Position numbers and translations under genes: made by a program. The notes beneath the pieces are model-generated. The model did not search any database. It worked only from the letters and a program-made list of their open reading frames with translations, and was not told the origin of the DNA. This document shows positions 11,961 to 23,831 of a stretch of DNA of 64,000 nucleotides, one piece after another. Source of the DNA: Octopus sinensis (lineage: Eukaryota); contig NC_043000.1 in NCBI RefSeq assembly GCF_006345805.1, positions 150,598,001 through 150,662,000 of the forward strand, in the 5' to 3' direction. Positions within the stretch are counted from its first letter, which is position 1; every line of letters begins with the position of its first letter.

Positions 11961-12713
11961 GCTCATTATTATTATTTTTTTGTCATTGTTTTACTCCCAT
12001 GTGATATTTTTCTTTTACAATTAATTCATAATTTACATACATAGTGTTGGAGTTAGTACTTTTGCAGCTGATATCTTACCAACTCTTCTTAATCACTATT
12101 TAAAGCTTGGCAAACCGAGGGTACAAGATAATGCCTATATCAAAGGGGTTTTGTTCTTTTTTCTAACAATTTTGAATAAGTTGCCTTTCTTTTTATTTTT
12201 CTTTCATCATCATCATCATCGTTTAATGTCTGCTTTCCATGCTGGCATGGGTTGGACGGTTCAACTGGGATCTGGGAAGCCAGTAGGCTGTTCCAGGCCC
12301 AGTCTGATCTGGCAGTGTTTCTACAGCTGGATGCCCTTCCTAACGCCAACCACTCCGTGAGTGTAGTGGGTGCTTTTTAGGTGCCACCTGCACAGATGCC
12401 AGATGAGGCTGGCAAACGGCCACGATCGTATGGTGCTTTTTACGTGCCACTGGCACGGGGGCCAGACGAGGCTGGCAACGGCCACAATCGGATGGTGCTT
12501 TTTACGTGCCACCGGCACGGAGGCCACTCGGGGCGGCGCTGGCATCGGCCACGTTCAGACAGTTCTCTTATGTGCTACCGGCACTGGTATCACAGCTACA
12601 ATTTGTTCATTTTATTTTTAATTTTGTAAATCATACTGTCCCAAAATTATTCAGAACACTCTTTCTGCATGCAAAAACCTAATCCAACTGATTGGCAAGC
12701 TTGAATACACTAT

Positions 12714-12755
12714 ACTGTGCTGATGAAATCTATTAAGTGGAAACATGTTCATAGT
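12714..12755 (+). ncRNA. decayed minimal type I hammerhead ribozyme motif
   Basis: ACTGTG-CTGATGA-(13 nt)-GAAACATGTT-CATAGT: 6-bp helix I and palindromic ACATGT helix III; helix II poorly paired. Confidence 0.5.
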
Positions 12756-13354
12756 TACCCCTTGTCTGCATACAAAAATAAGGTTGTCCATACCATAGTA
12801 AATTAACTTAGAGAAATTAATTCTTAATTACCTGAAATTATCTTCCTTGTTTTGATAGTTGCTAAGAATTGCCACTAGGCTTTTATTTTCTTTTTGCAAC
12901 TGAGAGAAAAATTTTGCTTATGAATATTTTGCATTTAGTACCTCAGCTCTTAACTAATTTATTCAAATTCATGCTATTTGTTCATTTTATTTTCTAATTA
13001 TATAAATTATACTGGCCACAAATTATTCATAACTGTTTCTTTATGTGTAAAATTTTTTATTGCTAATCAGCAGCTTGGTTGGATTATATTAAATGTCGAA
13101 TAGATCAAAGCTTGTCCTTTGTTGTCCTTTGCTTCTAAGACAAAAGATCACACATTCTTCTATGCATGTAAATTACTTTTTAATTTCTTGAAATTATCTT
13201 CTTTCTTTTACTTGTTTAATTCTTGAATATGTATGCTGGTATTTGTCTCATTTAGTGTAAATGAGATAATGTCACAATGGCTAATTTGGGAAATGTTTGA
13301 TCATTTATGTAACAGTAAAAATATTTTTTAACCATATAGCATTTTTACTTCTAG

Positions 13355-13433
13355 GACTATACCACCATCATTTGAAAAGGCTTTGCTAGAAACAACATTG
13401 AATTTAATAAAAGACCATCGAATAGTATCTGAG
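13355..13433 (+). CDS. RELCH: RELCH exon
   Basis: ctag/gttagt; TIPPSFEKALLETTLNLIKDHRIVSE, phase 2-0. Confidence 0.85.
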
Positions 13434-14479
13434 GTTAGTAAAAATTATGTTTGTGAAGATAACATTTAAGTTGCTATTAACTATTATTTTTTTTAAAGTT
13501 AAATTTTACCACTAAAATTTTTTTATAACCACTGAAACTAAAAGCATTTTTAAGTGATTTATCAGATTTTTGTATTTTATCTTCTCGTAGTATAAAAAAA
13601 TGTTTTTGTGTCCATATGATCTCACAAATATTTCAGGCAATATTTTATTTACATTTGTAAAAGATATAAGAAATTGTTTAATGCTGAAATAATATTGAAA
13701 GTATTTTTTGTTTCAAATTAATTTTATTACAGATCAAGAGATTTGAATGATTTCATCTTTTTTAGTCTACTAAGAATTTTCTAATCAATCAATATAATTA
13801 ATATATATCAATGCTGTTTTTAATGTGTAAATGATTACCGACATGTATTTATTTCAAGATTATTCATTGTAAATCTTAAGATTTATTTATTTGATTGTGC
13901 TCTCTTTCTTTCTCTTGTGAAATGTGAGGATGGTATCCTCATCCAGCTCAGTGAGAACCAGTAACAGTTTTTCTGTTTCATTTTGATAAAGCATGGCTCT
14001 AAATCTATTTGCATTTAGTATCCCATCTATTTCCCCCTCAATTAGTTACTTTCTACCAAATTACATAAAGGTAAAACATTTTCTTAGTTGCTATCCAGTG
14101 GAATATTGTCAGAAAGTGAGATATTAGTCTGATTTACATTTTCTCATTTTCTTATCAACTGTCTTTCAAGAATTATGTAACATTTATTAAACAAAAAAAT
14201 GGTAACTCATTTTGAAGTATTTGTTATCTAGCTCTGGTCAACCATAATGAGACAGATCTATGATCAAAGATATCCTAGCCATGACCATCCCTTCTTTATT
14301 CTCTCAGATTACATTATCCAATGTGTTTCTTTTTAAGATGGTAGTGTGTGATTTGATAAAGATTTGGTTGGTATTTCATGCAGGTCAAACCAGCTTGTAG
14401 AAGTTTCAGTGTTGGCTTGTCATTTAGAAGTTATATCTGCTGAAGCTCATTTTCTGGGTTTCATATTTGGGTTGAACAT

Positions 14480-15472
14480 GGGCTGTGACTGCTGAGAACA
14501 TGTGTAAACTCGCAAGGAATGAAGCCAGTATGATCAGATGGATGTGTAATGTCAGTGTGCATACTCGACAGAGTCTAAGTACCTTGAGAGAAAAGTTGGA
14601 CCTAAGAAGCATCAGATGTGGTGTGCAAGAGAGATGACTGCGCTGGTATGGTCATGTGGTGAGAATGGATGAAGATAGCTGTGTGAAAAAGTGCCACACC
14701 CTAGAGGCTGAGGGAACCTGTGGAAGAGGTAGACTCAAGAAGATCTGGGATGAAATGACGAAGCATGACTTTCGAACATTATGCCTCACTGAGGCAATGA
14801 CTAGTGACCGAGACTTTTGGAAATATGCTGTGCTTGAGAAGACCCGGCAAGCCAAATGAGACTATAACCTCATGGCCTATGCCAGGGGTGTAACCAGTCC
14901 ACTTATGCATACCTTTCCCTCATTGGACACTAAACTCTGCTTGTGAAGACCTGTTGAGGCAAGTGAAATCGAAATCGAAATCAAATTCGATGACTGGCAT
15001 CAGTGCTAGTGGAGCGCTAAGAGCATCATCCGAGCGTGATCGTTGCCAGAGCGGCTAACTGGTGTCTGTGCCGGTGGCATGTAAAAAGCACTATTCGAGT
15101 GTGATCGTTACCAGCATTGCCTTATTGGCACTTGTGCTGGTGGTTCTGGCACTTGTGCCAGTGGCAAGTGAAAAAAACATTTGAGTGAGGTTGTTACCAG
15201 TGCCACTGGACTGGCTCCTGTGCAGGTGGCATGTAAAAAAACACCATTTGAGCCTGGCCATTGCCAGTACTGCCTGACTGGCCCTCGTGCTGGTGGCACG
15301 TAAAAGCACCCACTACATTCTTGGAGTGGTTGGCGTTAGAAAGGGCATCTAGCTGTAGAAACTTTGCCAGATCAAGATTGGAGCCTGGTGCAGCCATCAG
15401 GTTCGCTAGTCCTCAGTCAAATCGTCCAACCCATGCTAGCATGGAAAGCGGACGTTAAACGATGATGATGAT
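14480..15472 (+). mobile_element. RTE-clade LINE, 5' truncated (ORF2 C-terminus plus 3' UTR and (GAT)n tail)
   Basis: Encodes ...SMIRWMCNVS...LRWYGHVVRMDEDSCVKKCHTLEAEGTCGRGRLKKIWDE, typical RTE C-terminal motifs, with an in-frame stop. Confidence 0.88.
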
Positions 15473-15599
15473 AACTGCTTGGATTTGCATGACTCTGATT
15501 TTCTACCCTTCTGTATCTTCAATGGTATGTGACAATTATTCTCAGTGACATCCAGTGTTGTCTGTTAACTGACTGGCATTTGTCTTTACAGGATGACCA

Positions 15600-16290
15600 A
15601 TGCATTTCAACTATGTTGAGATGTTGAAAGTAGGGTTCACTTACCAGCTCCCCTGTACTTCTCCAGCAGTGTCCAGCAAAGAAAACCCTTTTTTCTGTAA
15701 TGGTGTCTGATACTTAAGGAAGCTAATTGTATAATCTTTCTTTTGGTAAGGTGTTCTTCCTAGGACTTATTCAAATGGTACGAAGCATGTGCATGTAGAT
15801 ACCATTCAGCATAGTTTCAAATTTTTTGGTTTGTGTCCAGATGGAAGAAGCATAAAGAAATGCAGATTCAACCACTGTGCAGAAGAATTTCCCTTTAAGA
15901 TCCTCTGGGAGATTAGATTTCCATATAATGTTGAGATTTTTAAGTACTACTGAAGCTTTACTAATTTGTATTTCACCATCTGTCTCTGTTAGTTGTGTGT
16001 TGCTCCTGAGGTATGTGAAAGAATTTACTGGTTTATTGAGTTTTCAGATGAGGTGTTTGTTACCTTCTAATTCTGATGAATTTTGATTTTCCAGTGTTAA
16101 TATGGAGACCGTTACCTTCTGCAGCATCTTCCAGATAGTAATTAGGGTAGTGGCTCCTGAAATCTTATCTGACATTGGGGCTAAATCAACAGTATAATCT
16201 CTGTGTGTTTCTGCTGGGGCTTGGTATCTGGAACTTCTTGATTTTGTGAGGGCAATACCAAGTTCTTTGTGCAAAACAAGGAACATCATA
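15600..16290 (-). pseudogene. old degraded LINE ORF2 (RT C-terminal region, RTE-related)
   Basis: Minus-strand peptide KASVVLKNLNIIWKSNLPEDLKGKFFCTVVESAFLYASSIWT; multiple stops. Confidence 0.7.
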
Positions 16291-16490
16291 TAATATTGTT
16301 AAATAACATAAACAATGAGGATATTTTATATTGAACCAATTCAGTGCCACATCAGAAGCTCCAAATTAATTGTGCTGTTGTCCTATGAGTAGAAGAAATA
16401 TTTGTTTCTATTTTAGGGACTGGGCTCTTCAGAAGAATGGAGAAACATAACAAAGTTGTCTTTTAAATAGATTATTATTTCCAAATTACA

Positions 16491-16723
16491 GAGATGTACT
16501 TGCATAGCAAGTGACCTGATCTGAGATCGTGTGCTGGAACGAAAACAATTGCAGCGTGGAAGGTGTTTATAAGCCATTTAAGAAACACACAAAAACTGTT
16601 AGATTCACTTCAACATTTAAATTTAATTTGTCAAAATATTTTCGTCGCTTTGAGACCGCGACCTGTTCACTGACAAAATTCCGTGTGTTTCTTAAATGGC
16701 TTATAAACGTCTTCTATGCTGCA
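16491..16723 (-). mobile_element. asymmetric fold-back element family B (Penelope-like), internally deleted copy
   Basis: Homologous to 38857-39171; flanked by a 13-bp direct repeat ATTATTTCCAAAT (16474-16486, 16724-16736); hammerhead-like junction at 16627-16677 on minus. Confidence 0.7.
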
Positions 16724-17221
16724 ATTATTTCCAAATGTTTTCTTTATCTTATGACAAAATTCTTATGATTGCCTCACAAAATTCTTTTGATTTCTTACAA
16801 GAAACAAAAATTGTTGGAATGTACATATTTATTTGTTAAGATGATATTAGCAGAAAAATTAGAGATATGAATTTGCTGCTGCTACTATTGTGAGTGGCCA
16901 AGATGGGTGTGGACTAAAAGGGAAGACAGAGAAAAGATAGAAAGATGATGGTGTTTGAATAAACATATCAAACGATAAAGAACAAAATAAAAAGATTGAG
17001 AGAAGCTGCAAGAAAATAATTTTAAATAGTTTTTGTTTGATTTAATAAGCAAATTGTCAAATAGTTGGAGAGAAGCTGGTAAAAGGTCTGGTAGTTTTCC
17101 AAAGAATAAAAAGAATGAAAACAGGAATAAAAGCTTAAAATATATATTAAAAAAAAAAGAAAATGAACTAAACACCTTTTACTAGATACACCATACTGTT
17201 AGTTATGTTTGCATAAATCTT

Positions 17222-17622
17222 TACTACTCTTTTACTTGTTTCAGTCATTTGACTGAGGCCATGTTGGAGCACCGCCTTTAGTCGAGCAAATCGACCCCAG
17301 GACTTATTCTTTGTAAGCCTAGTACTTATTCTATCGGTCTCTTTTGCCGAACCGCTAAGTTACAGGGACGTAAACACACCAGCATTGGTTGTCAAGCGAT
17401 GTTGGGGGGACAAACACAGACACACAAACACACACACACATGTATATATATATACATATATACGACGGGCTTCATTCAGTTTCCGTCTACCAAATCCACT
17501 CACAAGGCTTTGGTCAGCCCGAGGCTATAGTAGAAGACACTTGCCCAAGGTGCCACGCAGTGGGACTGAACCCGGAACCATGTGGTTCGTAAGCAAGCTA
17601 CTTACCACACAGCCACTCCTAC
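17222..17622 (-). mobile_element. family 1 SINE
   Basis: Full-length copy. Confidence 0.9.
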
Positions 17623-17927
17623 TACAATTAGGAAAAATAAAATTTTCACATAGTTCAACAGTAATTTTCACATAATTCAAGTTCTACCTATAATCTAGAA
17701 ATTTTTCTTCTATATTGTATATGTGTCATCTTGTCCTTTGGGATGTTACAATGGAATTTGATTTTCACCAGATTTGGTTTTCATAACTACTTATTTATAG
17801 ACTTTGAGTAATTCTTCTTTTGCTCTGCATCATTAATATACCTATTTTCATTTATTCAGTGGATATTACAAATGACATGACCCTTGTAATCAAAATGTAT
17901 TAATGCATGTTTTTTTTTTTTTGGCAG

Positions 17928-18026
17928 GTATCAAAGATTTCTGATTCAAATTCTGAAACAATTATTCTAATGTTGGCTCGGTGCTTACCTCATATAGTTC
18001 CACATGTACTCTTGGCTAGGAGAGAG
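17928..18026 (+). CDS. RELCH: RELCH exon (HEAT region)
   Basis: gcag/gttggt; VSKISDSNSETIILMLARCLPHIVPHVLLARRE. Confidence 0.93.
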
Positions 18027-18052
18027 GTTGGTTATTTTCTTGTCATGCACAT

Positions 18053-18163
<111 letters not shown>

Positions 18164-18833
18164 CCATCCTCTCTCATACGCACTTTAAATAATTTTGGTA
18201 ACTCATTTAAATACTGATTCAAACCTAATATTAATTGCTGAAATATGCTCAAGTTTTGTCAATTTATGTGATAGATGTATTGAATTTTCCTTGGAGATGT
18301 TAATAGTTTTTGTGTTTGAATTAATGGATAATATATTAGTTACAACTTTCACCAAATATTTGATGTTTAATTGAAATCAGCTTTGGCAAAATAGTAAATA
18401 TAGGCGCGGGCATGGCTGTGTGGTTAGGGAGCTTGCTTCCCAGCTACATGGTTTCGGGTTCAGTCCCACTGTGTGGCACTTTGGGCAGGTGTCTTCTGCT
18501 ATAGCCCCGAGTTGACCGAAGCTTTGTGATTGAATTCGGCAGGCGGAAGTTACTGCCGTGTGTGTACATGTGCGTGTAGGTGCTTGTGCCTCTCCGAAAG
18601 AGAGAGAGGGGGTTGCTGTTTCATATAGAAATAGTGACATATTTGCTATTTTCCCAAAATATTTCAGTTAATAATCAAATATATGGTAGAAATCATATTT
18701 AATGTTTTGAAATAGCTTTGGGAAAATAGCAGATATGTAAGACAGAATTCATTTATTAATTACATATAGTAAATATAAATACCTCATGGTTGTTGTTTTA
18801 GGTGTAATTAACATTTCAATTATTAATTTGCAG

Positions 18834-18946
18834 GAGTTAATACCACTCATTTTGTGCACAACTGTGTTACATCCAGATGTAAAAGAACGGGACAAGCTTC
18901 TTAATATTCTTTTTAATCTAATCAAAAAACCCAATGACGATCAAAG
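18834..18946 (+). CDS. RELCH: RELCH exon
   Basis: gcag/gtaacg; ELIPLILCTTVLHPDVKERDKLLNILFNLIKKPNDDQR. Confidence 0.95.
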
Positions 18947-19104
18947 GTAACGTATATTGTACCATCTTATAAGTGACCGTGGAATGTAAGATCCTTTTTG
19001 ATAATTAGATATTATATCTATAGATATTAGATATTAGATCTATAGATAATTAGATATTATATCTATAGATAATTAGATATTATATCTATATTTATTTATA
19101 CATA

Positions 19105-19445
19105 TAGTACGTTTAAATATTTGTTGTGCAAGATTTTTTATGTGAAGTCGTGTGTTGAAACAGATATTGTTATATTTCGGAACGGTCATTTTGCCAGTTT
19201 AGCCAATAAAAAAATATACAATATACAAAATGGCTGACTGTTAGTAAGGAGAGACACAAATACGAAAGAAGAAAACAAAGGACCACTGATGCGGTCACAG
19301 GAGTGTGACGAAAGAACTCTGGCCGAAATAAGATTAAGATTAATGTAAAAAATAAATATCACTGAAGCAAAATAACACCAAATATATAGTGCGTGTGTTT
19401 TTATTGGCTAAACTGGCAATATGACCATTCCGAAATATAACAATA
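19105..19445 (+). mobile_element. asymmetric fold-back element family C
   Basis: About 50-bp inverted arms plus a one-sided extension; 10-bp flanking repeat TTTATACATA; hammerhead-like CTGATGCG-GTCACA/TGTGAC-GAAA...CTC at 19280-19324. Confidence 0.72.
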
Positions 19446-20707
19446 TTTATACATAAACATGTATATATGAGATGTAATTTTAAAAATAGTCCATTTGGCA
19501 ATTTTAGTAAAATAGAATTAGTGCTAGACTAATTAGCTATTCCTTTTGTGATAATTAATTTCAGTGGGCTAGTTTGAGGTTGTGAGATTTTTTTTTGTTT
19601 TTGCTCTGGGACATGATAAAATGGCACACTAGTAATGGGAAATGACCTTTCAGCATTTGACCAATAGTTTCCTCCTTATCCATTCAACTATTATGACTCT
19701 CCTCCATGTCAATGATGTAAGTATAGATGAACATTATATAGATTAGAGGATAGATACAGTTACATCATCTTGGCAGGTGCAGAGGGGTTGGCATGGGATC
19801 GCCAGTCGGAAGGCACTGGTGAACCTGGTCGGCTCTACACATGATGATGTCACTGAAACCTCTAGCCTGGGAAGACCCCAACCCCAAGAGCAGGAACTGA
19901 ACTGAGCTGATAGATATAGTTAGAACCATAGATAAAGATCAAAATTGTCTTCTCAAAAAGACACCCTTACCACCCTGTGCACTAGGATTTCTTCAAAGTA
20001 TTTTGAATTCCTATACAAAACTAGCTTGATGTAGTTTTGATTCCATGATTATTAATGGTTCAAATTGAAAATTTATATAGTTGATCAGAATTCTATCTTA
20101 GATTTCCTTTTCTTTAATCTGATTTTTCCTCTTTCTGTACTGATGTTATACGGAAAATTCATGATTGTATTCCTTATCAAAGCAAAATAAACAAATTACT
20201 GGTGTAGCTGGAGACTGTTGGTGGTGATCTCTCCTTTTTCATCCTCCTTTTTGTTATTTGGCAAGCTGACAGAATCATTCGTGTGTCAGATAAAATATTT
20301 AAAAGCATTTTTTCTGGCTTTTTGTGCTCTGAGCTGTAATTCCATTAAAGTTGACTTTGCTTTTCATCCTTTTGAGGTAAAAAAAAAAATATTACATTGA
20401 CTCCAGTCAAGCGCCAAGGTGGATGTTATTAACTTACCCTTCCCCACTGAAATTGCAGGCTTTGTGTCAAAATTTGAAGCCCTTATTATTGTTTAGTAAT
20501 GATGGGATTATGTGGTAGAGCATATATACTTGCTGCTTTATGGTATCCAAAGTTCAATTAATCACTGATCTCAGTTAAAATTTTGTTAAGATCAATTTTA
20601 AATTTCATTTTGGCTAAAACAGATATAAAGGAAACCCTTACAGCTGTTGATTCAGTCAAGTATCTTCTCCCCTTACAAAAGATTTTGTTTGTAGATAAAA
20701 ATATCTT

Positions 20708-21065
20708 TATTGTTATATTTCGGAATGGTCATTTTGCCAGTTTAGCCAATAAAAACACATGCACTATATACTTGGTGTTATTTTGCTTCAGTGTTATTTA
20801 TTTTTTACATTAATCTTAATCTTATTTTGGCCAGAGTTCTTTCGCCACACTCCTGTGACCACATCAGTGGTCCTTTGTTTTCTTCTTTCTTATTTGTGTT
20901 TCTCCTTACTAACCGTCAGCCATTTTGTATTTTGAAGCAAAATAACACCAAATATATAGTGCGTGTGTTTTTATTGGCTAAAATGGCAAAATGACCATTC
21001 CGAAATATAACAATATCTGTTTCAACACACGACTTCACATAAAAAATCTTGCACAACAAATATAT
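20708..21065 (-). mobile_element. family C element, second copy, inverted orientation
   Basis: Reverse complement of 19105-19445; 9-bp flanking repeat AAATATCTT (20699-20707, 21066-21074). Confidence 0.75.
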
Positions 21066-21225
21066 AAATATCTTCATTATTTTTGTAAATTTAAAAAGTA
21101 GTATCAATTCACCACTCTGCTAAAGGGGAGAAAAAGAGCTTAAAAGTTTCTTTAATTTATGTTTTATCTGCTGTACTGTTGTCAACGTAAATATTCAGTA
21201 ATTTTTATTTCTTTAAATTTTCAAG

Positions 21226-21316
21226 GCAAATGATATTAAGAGGATGTGTGGCTTTTGCAAAACATGTTGGTCCTGCACGTCTGGAAAATGAACTCCTACC
21301 ACAATGTTGGGAACAG
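21226..21316 (+). CDS. RELCH: RELCH exon
   Basis: caag/gtaaat; QMILRGCVAFAKHVGPARLENELLPQCWEQ. Confidence 0.95.
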
Positions 21317-21939
21317 GTAAATAATGCAGTAATCTTTAATGTGAGATTAGGACATAATTATCTCATTGTTATTACTGAGGGTATAAGACAACTGAACAAT
21401 GGCCCACAGTTCATAGGTTAACCCTTTAGCATTCAGATTAATCTAACAAATGTAATGCTTATTGATTTATATTATTTTGAATTCATCATGCACTATCACA
21501 TAGTTTCAAGATTTCGATGATGTGACTGTTTATTCTTAGAATGACATTGTAGGATAGGTGTGAGAGGCCAGATCTGACTGATTTGAAGATAAAACAGGTA
21601 GAATATTTTGGCCGGATATGGCCGGTTTGAATGCTAAAGGTTAAACAGTTTCCACTAAGTATAAACTACTGCCCTTTCCTCATCTCAGTTCATGGGATGA
21701 AGAAATACTTGTTCTACTGAATTGCAGAGAAATAAACATAATTCCAAAATAGTGAGAAAGATTGTCCTCAATTTAATAGCTACATATCTCTCTCCTGAAT
21801 TTTTTTCTTTTCTTTGAAATGGACTCTACATGTTTTAAATCATAAATCTTAGGTCACACTCAACACAACAGTGTATGCTCTAACACCATTTTCCCTACTA
21901 AAACAGGATAGATGACAGGATTCTCTGATATGCCCTATT

Positions 21940-21989
21940 ATCTTCTTCTTCTTCTTCTTCTTCTTCTTCTTCTTCTTCTTCTTCTTTCT

Positions 21990-22025
<36 letters not shown>

Positions 22026-22154
22026 TTCTTTCCTTCTTTCTTTCTTTCTTTCTTTCTTTCTTCTTTATTCTTTCTTCTTTCTTCTTTCTTTCTTCTTTTC
22101 CTTCTTTCTTTCTCTTCTTTCTTTCGTTCTTTTTTCTTTCTTTCTTTATTCTCT

Positions 22155-22185
<31 letters not shown>

Positions 22186-22369
22186 TTTCCTTCCTTCCTT
22201 CCTTCCGTCCTTCCTTCCTTCCTTCTTCCTCCTTCCTTCCTTCCTCCTTCCTTCCTTCCTTCCTTCCTTCCTTCTTATTTCTCTTTCTTTCGTTCTTTCT
22301 TTCTTTCTTTCTTTCTTTCTTTTTCTTTCTTTCTTTCTTTCTTTCTTTCTTTATTCTTTCTTTCTTTCT

Positions 22370-22417
<48 letters not shown>

Positions 22418-22739
22418 ATTTCTTTCTTTCTTTCTTCTTTCTTTCTTTATGTCTCTTCTTTCTTTTCTTTCTTTCTTTCTTTATTTCTTCTTCTTTCTTT
22501 CTTTCCTTCCTTCATTCCTCCTTCCTTTCCTTCCTTCCTAATTCCTCCTTCCATTCCTTCCCTTCCTTCTTCCTTCCTTCCTTCTTTCTTTCTTTCTTTC
22601 TCTTCTTTCTTTCTTTTTAAATCTTTCTTTCTTTCCTTCCTTCCTTCCTTCCTCCTCCTCCTTCTTTCTTTCTTTCTTTTTCTTTCTTTCTTCTTTCTTT
22701 CTTTCTTTCTTTCTTCTTTCTTTCTTTCTTGCTTTCTTT

Positions 22740-22790
<51 letters not shown>

Positions 22791-23041
22791 CTTTCTTCTT
22801 TCTTCCTTCCTCCTTCCTTCCTCCTTCCTTCCTCCTTCCTTCTTCCTTCCTTCCTTCCTTCCTTCCTTCCTTCCTCCTTTCCTCCTTCCTTCCTTCCTTC
22901 CTTCCTTCTTCCTTCCTTCTTTTCCCTTCCTTCCTCTTTCTTTCTTTCTTTCTTCTTTCTTCGTTCTTTCTTTCTTTCTTCTTTCGTTCTTTTTTCTTTC
23001 TTCTTTCTTTCTTCTTTCTTCTTTCTTTCTTTCTTTCTTCT

Positions 23042-23094
<53 letters not shown>

Positions 23095-23126
23095 TTTCTT
23101 TCTTTCCTTCTTTCTTTCTTCTTTCT

Positions 23127-23163
<37 letters not shown>

Positions 23164-23200
23164 TTTCTTCTTTCTTTCCTTCTTTCTTCTTCTTCTTCTG
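21940..23200. repeat. 1.26-kb polypyrimidine compound microsatellite (CTT, CTTT, CCTT)
   Basis: Directly visible; the ORFs called here are low-complexity artefacts. Confidence 0.97.
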
Positions 23201-23283
23201 TATAGTAGTAGTAGAAGTTTAAAAATGTAGTTTTCTGTGACTCCTTTTCAACCAATATTTCCTTCCAATCTCCTTTCTTTCAG

Positions 23284-23355
23284 ATTAGTCATAAATACCC
23301 AGAACGAAGACTCCTTGTTGCTGAAGCATGTGGTGCGCTGGCTTCATATCTTCCG
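23284..23355 (+). CDS. RELCH: RELCH exon
   Basis: ttcag/gtatag; ISHKYPERRLLVAEACGALASYLP. Confidence 0.95.
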
Positions 23356-23448
23356 GTATAGATATTTAATTAATATAAGTGTGTAGATGGTGGTGAGTGG
23401 CTTTGATTAATTCTCTAGAGCAGTGGCTTCCCTAAGGTTCATTATCTA

Positions 23449-23831
23449 TACTCTTTTACTTGTTTCAGTCACTTGACTGCGGCCATGCTGGAGCACCGCC
23501 TTTAGTTGAGCAAATCGACCCCGGGAGTTATTCTTTGTAAGCCCAGTACTTATTCTACCGGTCTCTTTTGCCGAACCGCTAAGTGACGGGGACATAAGCA
23601 CACCAGCATCGGTTTTCAAGCAATGCTAGGGGGACCAACATACACACAGACATATATATATACATATATACGACGGGCTTCTTTCAGTTTCTGTTTACCA
23701 AATCCACTCACAAGGCTTTGGTCGGCCCGAGGCTATAGAAGAAGACACTTGCCCAAGATGCCACGCAGTGGGACTGAACCTGGAACCATGTGGTTGGTAA
23801 GCAAGCTACTTACCACACAGCCACTCCTGCA
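23449..23831 (-). mobile_element. family 1 SINE
   Basis: Full-length copy. Further full copies at 24312-24718, 25038-25493, 35417-35848, 54320-54711 and 60172-60581 (minus) and 42070-42476, 42705-43100 and 43918-44306 (plus). Confidence 0.9.

Noticed and set aside
21912-23255. 200-aa F/L/S-rich and K/E/R-rich ORFs
   Set aside because: Translations of the CTTT/CCTT microsatellite.
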